Of a stretch of 64,000 nucleotides of DNA, positions 25,397-37,581 are shown one piece after another. The notes beneath the pieces are model-generated. The model was not told the DNA's origin. It worked only from the letters and a program-made list of their open reading frames with translations, and did not search any database. Origin of the DNA: Guillardia theta CCMP2712 (lineage: Eukaryota > Protista > Cryptophyta); the NCBI RefSeq assembly GCF_000315625.1, contig NW_005434465.1, forward strand, positions 8,596-72,595, given 5' to 3'. Position 1 is the first letter of the stretch, and every line of letters begins with the position of its first letter. Position numbers and translations under genes: made by a program.

Positions 25397-27205
25397 GGAT
25401 TTACTGGCAGAAGGTAAAAAGTGCCTCAAGCAAAACAAAGCAGGAACAAGCTGAACCTCCTGGCACACAGTCCACAGCGAGAAGCTGCACAATCACACAC
25501 AAAACACAAGCCCGAAAAGAACCAGCACTGCTGGCACCCAGACGCGGCAGCGCCAGCCCAAGCGCGAAGCCGCGCAGACAAGCAGCCGAAGGGTCAGGCA
25601 ATCAAGCAACAAGCTGCAGGAGCATGCAGGAGGAAGAAAATCCCTTAGACGCGATACCCGGAGGCAGCCGACTGACCACTGTCAGTCGAGACGTCCGCTG
25701 CCGCCACAAAGCGGGCGGCCGCGGACGGAGAAAGGGCAGCCGCCGACAAGGAGCCGGCGTTGCCCGGGGGTCCGCCTGGTACAGCGGACGGAGGGAGGCT
25801 GGACACAGGAACACGATACCGCTCGAGGTAGTCCTCCTCGCTAGCCTCAAATGTGTGGTTCTGTACGGTACGTTGCGAATCTTCTCAGACGCTGTAACAT
25901 GGAGGGCGTCGAGGTTGACCTCCCCCCACTTGGTCAGGTCGGCAGAGCTACCAATGTAAGGGTGGACCAACGTCACGTCCGCCATCAAGCCCTCGTACTG
26001 CTCAGACCCTCGATCGCGGATTCCAGGGATGTGGATATCGCCCTTCATCTTGCGGCCATGGGAGGGCACCTGCCGAGCGAGTATGTCCTGCGGCTGTGCA
26101 AGGTGAGGATATCACGCTGCTGATCGGTCAGCGCAGCGCGAGCATGCACATGGCGAGGGAAGACGCGCATGACAAGAGGAGTCACATCGCGCTGCGCAGG
26201 GGGAGGAATGAAGTGCTCATGAGACGAGTCGACGAGAGCGCGCAAACCAGGGATGTGTACCACAGATGCCGGGGGGCGTCCTGCGTCATCAGGCATAGCA
26301 GCCGGGGCAGGTGGGATCGCCGCGCCATCTGCAGCCGGTGCAGGAGCCTTCACACGACGGTAGAGGATCGCTCCAGCATTATGAACGAAGTCGTGCGCCT
26401 CAACGAAGAAGGTCGCCAGAGGATGCTTCTGGGCACGGAGAGATCTCGAGCAGTGAATGTCCAGGCTATGAGGAGAGAGCAGCGTCCGTGACATTGGCTG
26501 GTCAGAGTACCACGCGAGGAATCGAGCGATAGCCGTATAGTAAAACTCTAGCAGGTCGGGGTGCGAGGTACTGCGAGTTTGGCCTGGCCAGCGGTGGTAT
26601 TTCTCAAGCGCCAGGTGGACAGAGAGGTCAAAGCGACGAATCTGTGATTGGACCCGCGGGAGAAACGGAGATGACCCCTGGAGATGGGAGTCGCCCTCAC
26701 CAGACGGTCTTGAACATGAAGCCATGCTGGACGAGCCCGAGCTTCGAGAGCTCTTCGTTGAGGCTGGAGACCTTCGCTCGGAGCTGACTAGCATGAATTC
26801 CATCCGTGCCGATGGGAAGGCCCCCAAGTGTACTACACTGACAGGCTGGGCTGTAATCCCCGCCAGTGACGACCTCGAAGTGAAGAAGCTGAGTCTTGAG
26901 ACGGCGCTTCTGAGCGGCTCTTCAAGGCTTCAGCTGCGAGAGATTTTGGGTGTTGGTGACAGGAGGGAATGTAAACTTTCGACTCGCGAGGTTGAACTTC
27001 GGCGCAAGCTGCAAATCGGCCAACATGTACCGTACTGCTTCATAGCCGCGGACTGTAGCTGCAACAGCATCCTGAGTCGAGTCACTGAGTGCCGGGCCCA
27101 ACACTGACGAGCATCGGACGTTGTCAGCGTAGGCCAAGACTCGAACAGCGCCTGAGGGAAAAGCTCCGGGAGTCCGCGATATGGATGAGCACTGAGGGGT
27201 CACGG
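25397..27205 (-). mobile_element. Degenerate non-LTR retrotransposon, RT + restriction-like endonuclease (CRE/R2-type superclade)
   Basis: RT motif VRVLAYADNV (~27120-27150) and VVHLGAFP; RLE-like KGDIHIPG...LMADVTLVHP...TASEKIR; ORF end ...SAASGYRV* and a ~250-nt 3' UTR ending AGTAAATCC. Confidence 0.75.
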
Positions 27206-28253
27206 TGGATCAGTGACTCACGCGGCGGCCCCGCGGCGGGCAGAACCGTTCACGTTCAGTTCGGAAAAATACACAATGTGGACCGGGACCGTACCGTGGC
27301 ATCGCCGCGGTTGGCACGCTTCTCTCTCCCTCTGAGACTCTCAGACTCTCAGTATCTCCGGGGGCCCCGAGTCTCTCAGCGAGGCTTCCGAGTACGGTCT
27401 CTCTCAGTTACTAACGGTTAAAGTCACGCCGTATCTAATAGTTCGGAAACCGACTCAGTCGGCCGCGCAGTGCGCCGACTCGAGTGCCGGCCGCCGGGAC
27501 TGAGTCCGAGTCCTCACTCTGACTCGGAGATCGGATCATCGGACGCCGAGTCCGCCGGGCCGAGAGCCTTGAAAGCCGAGCCCGCACCAGTTTGGTCCCG
27601 GCTTTGAGACCGCAATGACCTTTCAACTTTCCAGTAGTCACCACCCCTCGATCATGGGGGTAGGGGTACTTTAAGTACCTGGTAGTGATACTGCCTTTCA
27701 ATGAAGAAAGGTAGGGTACCTGAAGAACCTGTGGGGTACCACTATGTTGCATTCATCCCATAGGAGGGTGGCGAAATAAGGAGTAACGGGGTAGGGGTTA
27801 GCAAGCTTCACAAAGGGTGGGTACAAGACAGAAATTAAGGGGGTCGGGGTACTGATGTACTGGGGTAGCCCATGGAAAGATGGATGCTGAAGGGTCGCCA
27901 TGGAGATTCTGATATGACGAGAAAGAGGAAGGGAGGGGAGGGGAAGGGAGGGGAAGGGAGGGGAAGGGAGGGGAGGGGAGTGGAGGGGAGTAGGTATGGG
28001 ACTGTAGGTAATGCATGCAGGGGTTGATAGGGGGAGGTTGAAAAGCAGTACGGTACAAGAACCAGGAAACTCGTTCGAACAGCATGGTGATGAGTGAGTC
28101 ATGTATGGAAAGCTCTTGAAGATTAAGAGGAAAGATCTACCAGAAAACCTGACTTGCATGTTCTGACCTGCGCTTCACAGATTTGATTGTCTCCTGAGGT
28201 TGTCAAATTGCACCAGAAGCCATAGTTACCAAGGCTTCTGCTTGTTGATTAGA

Positions 28254-29822
28254 ATGCAGCAGCAGGATTGGCCGAAAGCAAGCCGATTTGCACTTGCTTC
28301 TAACACGGAAACTTCGGCTGGTACATGTTCGCAGCGAACGTCTCGAGGGACTTGGGCTGCAGCTGTGCTTGCCTTCACTCTTGGCCTTGTGGCGGTCGGC
28401 TGTGCGCTGCTGCTTTCGTCCTCTTGGTCGAACCCTGTTTCAACCATTAGCAATGGGGCGGGAGGCACGCAAGGCATGAACCCGAGGTTCCTCCGATCCG
28501 GCAAAGCGACTGGAAACAAGCACGAGGGAAGAGTGCGAGTGAAGTCGATCATTCACGATGCTGTTCAGGCAGCCGTGAAAGGAGCGGAGAAAGAGGTGAA
28601 GACTGAGATCAAGAGCGACGTGAAAGACGCTGTGAAGGAGGCCATTGAGGAGGCTGTGGCTGGAAGTCAAGTCCTCTCTCAGAGCAAGGACGAGAACGCT
28701 TTCGTTCACGCCTTAGTCAAGGATTCAGCTCGAGAAGCTGCGCGGGCTGGAGCCGAAGAAGTTCGCCAGTACGGCAAGGAGATTGGTCATATCACGAAGG
28801 AGCTGGACAGCCAGCTCGGGGGGCTGTTGGAGGATCAGGGCTTGAAGAAGGGATCCAAGGAAAAGTCGATGAGGGGGTCGAGCTGGTTCGACCTTGCTAC
28901 CAACGTGCTCAAGTCTCAGAAGCAGAGTGACCCCAACGTCTCTCAGCGAATGTCTCGTGCTGAAGCCGAGAGAAAGCAGCAAGCGCACAAGATGTTCGTG
29001 AAGGAGGAGAAATCCATCCAAGATGAAAGCAAGAGCATGAATGTGAATCGGGGTAGCATCCCTATTGGCAGCAGGAAGAACCCCCTCTATGTGCAGGCTG
29101 AGCATGACCGTGATGCTGAAGCTGAGAAAGACCTCAAGTATCTGGAGCATCAGCAGAAGGCAAAGGAAGCTTTGAAGCATGTTAAGGCTCGGCTAAATCA
29201 TGAGAGCCGCACTGAAATGGCTGAGAAGTACCTCAAGATCATGGACAAGAAGGTGTTGCCTACCCCTCATCGCCGCGTTAGTGTGGACCGGAACGCCCTT
29301 GCACAGAAGTACCTGAAGCAGCTGGAAGATCAGCAGGGGTCGGGAGACCACGTCCGTTCTGCCATCCAAAACAAGAAACCCTTGTCTCGAGAGCAGCAGG
29401 CCAAGCTGGACATGGAGTTTCTCAAACGGGGAGATGCGCTCGTGGAGCACGGCGACGTCTTGAAGCCAGTGAAGCTGAGCCCCACCATAGTGCATGGAGA
29501 CAACAAGCTTGAGAAGGCGGCCAAGCTGATGAAAGAGGAGAAAGAGGAGCAAAAGCTATCGAACCACGATAGGAATGAACTGGCGCAGTCATTTCTCAAG
29601 CAACTGAAGGGCGGCAAGTATGTTGGGAAGCCTTTCCACGCCCTTAAGGTACCCTCCCTCGTCGCTTCTTCCAAGAGCCCCGACATGGATGCCAAGGCTC
29701 AGAAGTACCTCAAGCAGCTGCAAGCCGCGAATCCGCACGTGCAGGCAACGAAGAAGGCCACGGACAGAAACGCGATCGCAGAGCACGATCTACATCAGTT
29801 GGAGACTTCATCTCACCAGTGA
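28254..29822 (+). CDS. Hypothetical type-II membrane/secreted protein with helical A(Q/E)KYLKQL-like repeats
   Basis: Intronless 1.6-kb ORF; hydrophobic segment WAAAVLAFTLGLVAVGCALLL; K/E/Q-rich remainder. No family recognised. Confidence 0.7.
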   Translation: MQQQDWPKASRFALASNTETSAGTCSQRTSRGTWAAAVLAFTLGLVAVGCALLLSSSWSNPVSTISNGAGGTQGMNPRFLRSGKATGNKHEGRVRVKSIIHDAVQAAVKGAEKEVKTEIKSDVKDAVKEAIEEAVAGSQVLSQSKDENAFVHALVKDSAREAARAGAEEVRQYGKEIGHITKELDSQLGGLLEDQGLKKGSKEKSMRGSSWFDLATNVLKSQKQSDPNVSQRMSRAEAERKQQAHKMFVKEEKSIQDESKSMNVNRGSIPIGSRKNPLYVQAEHDRDAEAEKDLKYLEHQQKAKEALKHVKARLNHESRTEMAEKYLKIMDKKVLPTPHRRVSVDRNALAQKYLKQLEDQQGSGDHVRSAIQNKKPLSREQQAKLDMEFLKRGDALVEHGDVLKPVKLSPTIVHGDNKLEKAAKLMKEEKEEQKLSNHDRNELAQSFLKQLKGGKYVGKPFHALKVPSLVASSKSPDMDAKAQKYLKQLQAANPHVQATKKATDRNAIAEHDLHQLETSSHQ

Positions 29823-31840
29823 AGTGAGGGAGGGGAAGGCACACAAGTTAACGTCTGGTGCAGAGCCAGCTGTTTTAATGAAAGACAGGACGAGACTGTC
29901 TAGTCTTCTCAGTCTTCGCACGTGCAACGCGGCGACATGGTCGTTCACGTGCAGCTTCTCTGAACGGGCAGCACTGCCATGCTCGTTGCTCTCAAATGAA
30001 GGAGTTGAAGCTCGACTTCTTGCCGCCCGTGCTTCTAAAGGTGTTCTCTCCCTCGTCCGATTCGTAGTGCTTCATCGCTCTGCTCTGTCCTGCCATCCTG
30101 CGCGAGCGTCAGCGATTCGCCTGCTGTGAGGGCAGCTCACGAGGGTAGAGGTTTGCTCTCCAGCTGACGCGCCTGGGAAGCTATCAGAGCACAAGGAGAG
30201 GGAAGAGGACAAGAAAGCACACCATTCTGTGATCGAGACATTCCTGCAACATGATCAGCAACGACACCAACACAACAGCTACTACTGACCTGCAAGTTGC
30301 TGCACATGAGCATGGTGAGCTTTCGTTGTCTGTTAGAAACGAACTCAAGAAATCATGTCACACCTGCTGATCCTTGCCGAAGATGGCGAACATCTGAGCA
30401 AGAAACGAGTCACCTCACTGAGCAGTCTATTCGCTCACTAAGAACTAGCCCAGGTGCTCTCACGAGCTCATCGGGTAAAGCAGAGGTCTCTAGGCATGCA
30501 CTCGAGGCTGACATGGACTCGCTTGAGGTCAAAGCCAGGTAGACCTCAATGAGCAAGGCAAGCCGAAGGACGAGGAACAGCTGCAGGCAAAGAAGACTCC
30601 TTCTTCACTGAGAGAGGAGGAGACGGAGAGGGAACCATGAGAGGAGTGAGAGAGGAATGAAGCAATACGAGCCAGAAGAGTTGTTGGTGAATGAGAGGCG
30701 TGAGGACGAGACGAGGATGCGGTGTGTTACAGGAAGTGCTGCATACAGAAAGGCACAAGTGGTTGAGGTGGTGGTGATGGTGGAGGTAGTGAAAAAGATG
30801 GAGGATGATTGAGATGGCGGTGAGATGTCGACGACGACGATAATGATGATGAAGAAGAGATGATGATGATGACGGAAATGGTGGTGAGGGGAAAGGAAAG
30901 GAAGAGGAGGTGGTGCATGTAGATTTGATGATGATGCAGCTGAGAGGAAGAGATCGGGTGACGGAGCAGCAGCAACATGGTCAGGATGTATGCGTGGAGG
31001 AGCAGGAAAAGCAGGGAGCAGGGCCGCAAATAGAAAGAAATGGTTTACTCATTATTTATTTTAGTAGAAAACTGAGTCGCCTCAGAACTAATAATTATTC
31101 AAGATGCGAAGACAGCAATGGATGAAGAGGTCGATGACGAGAACCTTGAAAAGGACAGCAATGAGACACTTCGAATGATGGCTGACCTGATCGAAGCCAT
31201 CTTCGAAAATTCTTTGGGGGTGTACTAGGGGCAGGGGGTAGAAGTGGGTAAAATGGGGGGTACAGCAAGGACATGAAGGGGGTTGTGATTTATTGGGTAG
31301 GGTAGTGCGATTAGGGGGAGTAGGGGGATGAGGGGGTCGCGTGGCCGTTGTAGTAAAACGAGGGGAATGGAGGGAATGAAGGGAGAGACGGGAGGAGGAA
31401 GCGAGAGGCGGAGCAGAGACAAGGGGAAGCGAAGAGAAGGAGGAAGATAGAGATAGAGATAGAGATAGAGATAGAGAGAGAACTCGTGCCAAGCGATAGT
31501 TTCTTAAGCAATGGGGTTGATATGAGCTGCGGAGGTAAAAGGACTGGTCGAAGGAGTGGGGGAATAGAATGAGGAAGTGATGACGAGAAGACGATGACGA
31601 GAGAAGAGCATGAAAGTGCGCTAGAGCCGGTCATATCCTTCGATTGTCATCTCCGATCAGAAAAGTGAGATTACTCGCCTTGATGGTCTTGTGACAGTTT
31701 GTGTTGATTTGAAATGTTTGAAAAATCAAATTCGATAAAGTTCAAGCTTAGCGAGTGGAAAGAAGATAAAAAAGAGGAAATGCGCCCAACAGACATTCGA
31801 GGATAGATATGATGCTCCAGGGTGCTAGAAATCGATTCGG

Positions 31841-33854
31841 ATGCTGCCTTGTGTACTTTATCGGACATCAGTGACCTTTCTGTTGATAGATGTCGAGGAA
31901 GTTCTTCAAGACACGATTCAGTCCCATCAGACCAGATGTCGGCTTCTACGAGACCTTCAAGTGATCCTCTCCCTTCTCTCCCACTCGTCTCCTTGTCTCC
32001 CTCTACTCTTCTCCCTCCTCGCTTACTCCTCCGCCCCCTTCAGGTTGCTCTCGTCGGCCTCGGCCGAGCTTCTCTGGTGGCTCGGGGCTCCGGGGAAGTG
32101 GGCGGCCAACTTTGGGTTTCTGCTTCTGTTTGTCATCGGTGAGTCTCCTGCCCCTCCTCTTCCCTCCTCACCTGCTCGCAGTCATGCTCCCTGCGCTGCT
32201 CCCCGCCTTCATCCGCTACTTGTGGAGTGCGGGAGTGCGCAAGAACCTCATGTACGGCTCCTCCATCCGGCACCAGCTCGACGTCTACCTCCCCTCCGAT
32301 CACAAGCGAGACCCCAGCAGAAGGCGACCTGTTGTCATCTTCATCTCGGGGGGGGCCTGGATCATCGGGTACAAGACATGGGCATTCCTGATGGGGTTGG
32401 TGTTTCAGGTAGAAGGAGAGGGAGGGGGAGGGGGAGAGGGAGAGAGGGCGAGTTCGATCGGGAGGAGGAGGAGGAAATTTGGAGCTAAGGGGGATGACGT
32501 TGATGGGCAGGATAACGGAGTTGTCTTCGTGGCTCCTGATTACAGGAACTTCCCCCCAGGCGGTGAGGACCTTGACGTGGAGGAGGCAGGGCGACAGGTC
32601 TGACCCCCAGCAGATCCCCGACATGGTGAANNNNNNNNNNNNNNNNNNNNNNNNNNNNNNNNNNNNNNNNNNNNNNNNNNNNNNNNNNNNNNNNNNNNNN
32701 NNNNNNNNNNNNNNNNNNNNNNNNNNNNNNTGAAGGGGAGGAGGAGGGATGAAGGGGAGGAGGGACGCTGATGATTCTGCAGGAGGAGACGCAAACAACG
32801 TGACCCTTATGGGTCAGTCCGCTGGGGCTCATCTTGCCGCCCTGTGAGTCACCCCTTGCCCTCCTCCTTGTCGTTGTTGTCGCCTCTTCTTCCTCACTCA
32901 GCTCAGGTGCGTCATCGATGCGGCTGAGAAGGAGGCGGCGCTTGAGAAGCTCTGTGCCTCACACGGGCTGCCTGAGCTGGTGGGGAAGGAGCAGCTGCAG
33001 GCGGGTTGGTGGAGGATGATGGAGCAGGTGCAGCGGAATGAAGCAGGAGCTCATTCGTCCATGGAAGGCATGGCCTTCAGCTGCCGACAGCTCTCACGGT
33101 TCGCGAGGGTGGAGGAGAGGAGGAATGGGGAGGGGGAGCAGGAGGGAGGGAGAGGAGGGAGGGAGGGGGCCAGAATAGTGAGGGTTGCCGCAGGTTCGTG
33201 GGTATCTCAGGGCCTTACAACATTCTCAAGCTCATTCCTTTCATGCAAGCTCGTGGGCTTCCTAAAAATGTTCTCAACGCTCTTGTCGCCGGCGATCCGC
33301 TCAAGCAGTCGCCTGGTGCTGATCCTCCTCCTCCTTCCTCTGGTTCTTGCTTGTGACTCGCTTCTTGCCCAGCTTGTCGGGTCCTTGACCTCTCTCCTCA
33401 CGCTGTTTCCTTCCTCCCCAAAGTTTCACTATTCCATGGCACCGCCGACGCCACCGTCCCTCATGCTCAGGTGACCTTCTCCTCCTCCTCCTCCCGCTCA
33501 CTCGCACTCAGACTGTCGAATTCGCCATGGCGCTCGAGAGGGCAGGCGGGCGAGTGGAGACGGTGAAACTTTACGAGGGCAAGAGCCACACGGTGAGAGA
33601 AGCGGAAGAAGCGAATAGGCTGACGGGCTTGTCAGGATCCCATCCTAGAGGACCCTTGCAAGGGCTCAGACCCCCTCATGCTTGATCTGCTCAACCTCAT
33701 CACTGCTAAAGACTCCTCGACCTCCTCCCTCTCCTCCTCTCCTTCCTCCTCCTCCCTCTCCTCCTCCTCCTCCTCCTCCCTCTCTCCCATCATCCAACAC
33801 CGACGACTTCACCCGCGAGTTATCGCGGTCGCGAGGTGGCTGAATCCCTTCTGA
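31841..33854 (+). CDS. Isoprenylcysteine alpha-carbonyl methylesterase (ICME)-like alpha/beta hydrolase, multi-exon, spans a gap
   Basis: NLMYG...LDVYLP...PVVIFISGGAWIIGYKTWA, DYRNFPQ, nucleophile GQSAG, FHGTADATVP, YEGKSHT|DPILEDP, C-terminus ARWLNPF*. Start uncertain. Confidence 0.88.
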
Positions 33855-33954
33855 TGGAGGGCGAGCTGTAAAGACTAGCATGCATGTAAATACAGACGAG
33901 ACCTGACCTGAGCAGCTAGAGGAGGAGGAGGAGGAGGAGGAGGAGGAGGAGGAG

Positions 33955-35598
33955 CTAGAACAGATGGTCCATGACCTCCCATAGCAGCAGGCAGCCGTCG
34001 CTCCCGCTCGTGGAGAGCAGCAGCGAGTCATCGCAGCTGAAAGTCACTCGCCTGATCCTCCCCCCGTGGTTCCCGTAGCTTCGACGAGGAGCCGAGGACG
34101 AGAGCACGGGGAAGGACAGCAGGCTCAGCTGCCCTCCTTTCTCCCCCACCGCTAGCAAGTCTCCTTGCCGGGACCGGTCTACGCAAGAAGGAGTACCCCT
34201 GTCCCTGTCCTCCTGGTGACCCCTCTCGCCTCCCTCTCCTCTCCTCTCCTTCTCCTCTTGTCTCAGTCCCTCCATCTCACGTCCCGCCAAGCACGTCTGT
34301 GTCTCCCACTTCACCTCCTGGAACAGCTCTGTCCGCCCCGCTAGCAGCAGCCTGCCGCCGCCGCCTCCCACCTCCCACACCACCCCCGTCATGTCTCTTC
34401 CGCAGCTCTGCGCGTATCGCCCGCACGAGGAGACGTCGAGGGCTGCCACTGCTCCTCCATGTGCCCCGCAACGGCTGCCGTCTTGCGTGTCGAGGAGGAG
34501 GGGAAAAGGAGAGGAGGAGGAAAAGAGGGTCTTGAGCGCTGAACGGATGGGGAGGAGGCAGACGCTCCCGTCGAAACCACCAGCGAGGAGAGCGGAGTCG
34601 TCGAGGAGGAAGCGAAGGGAAGAGAAACCAGCTCGTTCCTTCTTCGTGGCCCCAGCAGCTTTCTCCGTCCTGCCGTCGTGGAACGAGAGGAGGGGCCGAA
34701 GGCTCGCGAGCTCCAGCACGAGGATCCTCCCGTCGCTCGTCGCCGTTGCCAGCATCCGCCCGTCATGCGAGAGCGCCAGTGCCTCCACACCCGTCGGGAA
34801 GTTTTCAGCTCGGAGCAGCTCGAGCTTGAGCAGGTCAAAGAGCTTCAGCCCCCCGTCGCGACTTCCCGTGACAGCCACCTGAGCCGCAGGATGGCAGCAC
34901 AGAGCCGTTACCTCCTCCTTGTGTCCCTGCAGCACCGACAGAACTTCTCCCGTCCTCTCTCGCAGCAGCAGCAGCTCATTTCCCCCCGTCCCCACCAGCA
35001 TGCTTCCTCCCTGGTAGTCCCCCAGCAGTGAAGGCGCCACGTACGCCATGGCGCGGATGGAAGCACCGGGCATGGAGAAGCCAACGCTCTCCGCATCCTC
35101 GAGCTGCATGCCCATGGGGCTCGAGAGGTTCCAGTAGCGCACGCAGCCGTCGCTTCCTCCCGTCACTAGTCGCCCTGACGGATGCAGCACCATGCTGATG
35201 GTCGAGCCCGCATGCGCGCTCCTCACCGCCGCCATGACGCGCGCGTCCTGCCAGAGGTAGATGTCTCCTCCCGTCGTGCCGCTGGCAGTTGTGCCATTGG
35301 GCAGGCACACGAGGCAGCTGACGAAGTTGGGCTGTAGCGAAGTGAGGGCTAGGGGAGGGAGGGCGAGGAGAGGGGAGAGGAGGATGGACCTGCTCGAAGG
35401 CTCCGAAAGTTCCCGTGCGAGACTGAGAGAGTGAGAATGAGAGGAGGGAGGGGAAGCGATCTCAGGCTCACCTTCAAAGTCATGGGCATCTCCTCCTCCT
35501 CTCGGTCAAGGAGGCTTTCCTTGTGCTTTCATGCAGTGTCAACTCCATACAGGGAAGAGTAGGAGGAGGTAAGTGAGAGTTTGGGGAAGTGAGACGAC

Positions 35599-35663
<65 letters not shown>

Positions 35664-37581
35664 GGAGGAGGAGGAGAAGGAGATTACCCTCAAAGTCCAG
35701 AACTTGACATGTTTTTTCCCGGCACTCACAAGTTCGTCCTCTCGTCTCTCTGAAAACTTCACACTCAGCGCTGCCCCGTCCGTATGGGCTGGAGCTTTCG
35801 CCAGCTTGACGCCCGCCTGCCAGTCCCACACCACCAGACAGTTCTTGGGGTCCGAGCAAAGGGAAGCTAGCTTAGCACCCGACCTAGAAAAAGCGAGAGC
35901 TGTCCAGGGCGTGAGATGGATCGAAGGAGCAGAGGAGGTGGGGTAGAAGAGGGATGGGGTACCTGTGAGGGCTTGCGGTAGGTCTCCCCTCCCCATGCTC
36001 GTGACGAGGCAGCAGCTGCTGGAGCTCCATACGCAGAGAAAGGGCTTCTGCCCGCTCCTTCCCGCTCCTTGGCCTGTAGCCACGAGCTCCTTATGCAGCG
36101 TTAGCTGAACCAAAGAGAGAGCAAAGAGGAGCGAAGCAGCGCGGGAGTGAGGAAGGGAGGGAAGGGGGCAGAAGGAGGGAGGGAGGGAGAGTGAGTGAGT
36201 GAGTGAGTGAGTGAGTGAGTGGGGAAGAGAGGGAGGAGACGGAGGTTTACTCCGTCTGGATGCATCGCTATGCACTTTATCTCTGCATCGTGACCTCTGC
36301 AACAAAGTGAATGAGAAGAATGAAGCGGTCAAGGCGAGCAAAGGAGGAGGGGAGGTGAGGGAGAGGCGGGGAGGCAGGCTACCTGAAGAAAGTCTGTCTG
36401 TTGGTCGTGAGATCGTGAACGACGCCAAGGGCAGCAGCGAAGAAGACGAGCTGCAGGAGAGTCAGGGGCAGCAGCGTCTCATCCTCCCGTTCCTGTCCAT
36501 TCTTGTTCGACACCAGGGCTGCCCACGTGTCTTTACACCTCAACCCCAACACGTGCTTCAGTTGCAAGCTGCCTGGCTCTCAGTCCCAGGTCTCCTCCCC
36601 GCTCCCCTCCACCTCTTGGTGGGCATGGAGCTTGCGGCCTTGTTAAGCTCTTGAGCCAGGTGGGGAGTCGAATTCCTCTCCCTCCCGACCTGACGTTCTG
36701 CTGCCTCCTCCTCCATGGCGATACTCCGCACGGAGGACCTGAGGAGCAGCGTCAGCTGACCTTCGCTCCTCCCCTGCTTCTCACCTGGAGACCCTCGCGC
36801 CCCTCGCCGAGCTGCTCCTGACAGGTTGATTGATGCTGCTTTCTCAGAGTTATGGAGAAGAGGAGGAGGACTGAGGTGGAGTGGAGGAGTGAGGAGGAGG
36901 AGGAGGAGGGGGAGGAGACCTAGAGGGTCGAGGAGAGGAAGGCTTGTCTCCGATGCTTCGGAGCCTCTCCACGCTCTTCCTTGCTTGTTTTGAGGCTTCA
37001 GTCTTGCAAGAGCTGCTCCTTGATCGCTCTTGTCCAGCAGCAGTCAAGCTGCTCCTCGCACTCTTTGAGGCCTCGAGCTTCATCCCAGCCGCTCCTCCCA
37101 CCGGAACCTCCTCTACCTTGGTAGCTTTCGTTGACGTCTCCTCTACCTTGGTAGCTGTCGTTGACGTCTCCTCTACCTTTCTAGCTGTCGTTGACGACCC
37201 TCCCTCGTCTCCAAGAGTTGGAGGAGAGGCTGGCGCCCCTCTTGGGGTCTCAGCTGCTGACGTGGCGACGTGCGAGGGATGACACGCGAGGTCTGGAGCC
37301 TCGAGCAGCTCTACTCTTCGGATGAGGTTGGCAACGGCTTGTCGCAACATGTCCACCTGCTCGTCCACCTGCGAGTTCCTCCTTGCCACCTCACGTTCCA
37401 ACATCTCCACTCGAAGCTTCAGCTGCCTCCTGCTGACCGCATCTTCCTCATCATCTGTCGGCGCTCCTTCAGGCAAGAATGCACGGCTTGTGCGCTTCGC
37501 TTCTGCAGCATCGAGCATGGATGTCGTTAGCAGGCCGCCATGGTCGAGCTGCTCTCCTTGTTTCGGCATCTTCACGTGCAA
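33955..37581 (-). CDS. Echinoderm microtubule-associated protein-like (EML) WD40 protein with N-terminal coiled coil, multi-exon
   Basis: HELP-like LQLKHVLGLRCKD...|LVFFAAALGVVHD..TNRQTFF; VATGQ; LVVWDWQAG; SAGKKHVKFW; QGH..EVTALCCHP; C-terminal YGNHGGRIRRVTFS.DD..LLSTSGSDGCLLLW. Start uncertain. Confidence 0.85.

Noticed and set aside
22328-25850. CRISPR-like array (recurring ~30-nt motif with variable intervening sequence)
   Set aside because: Repeats occur in both orientations with irregular spacing and variable-length 5' extensions matching a retroelement 3' UTR; no cas genes; eukaryotic context.
30130-31800. Possible gene between the orphan ORF and the ICME-like gene
   Set aside because: Only short low-complexity ORFs and GA-rich tracts; no coherent exon chain found.
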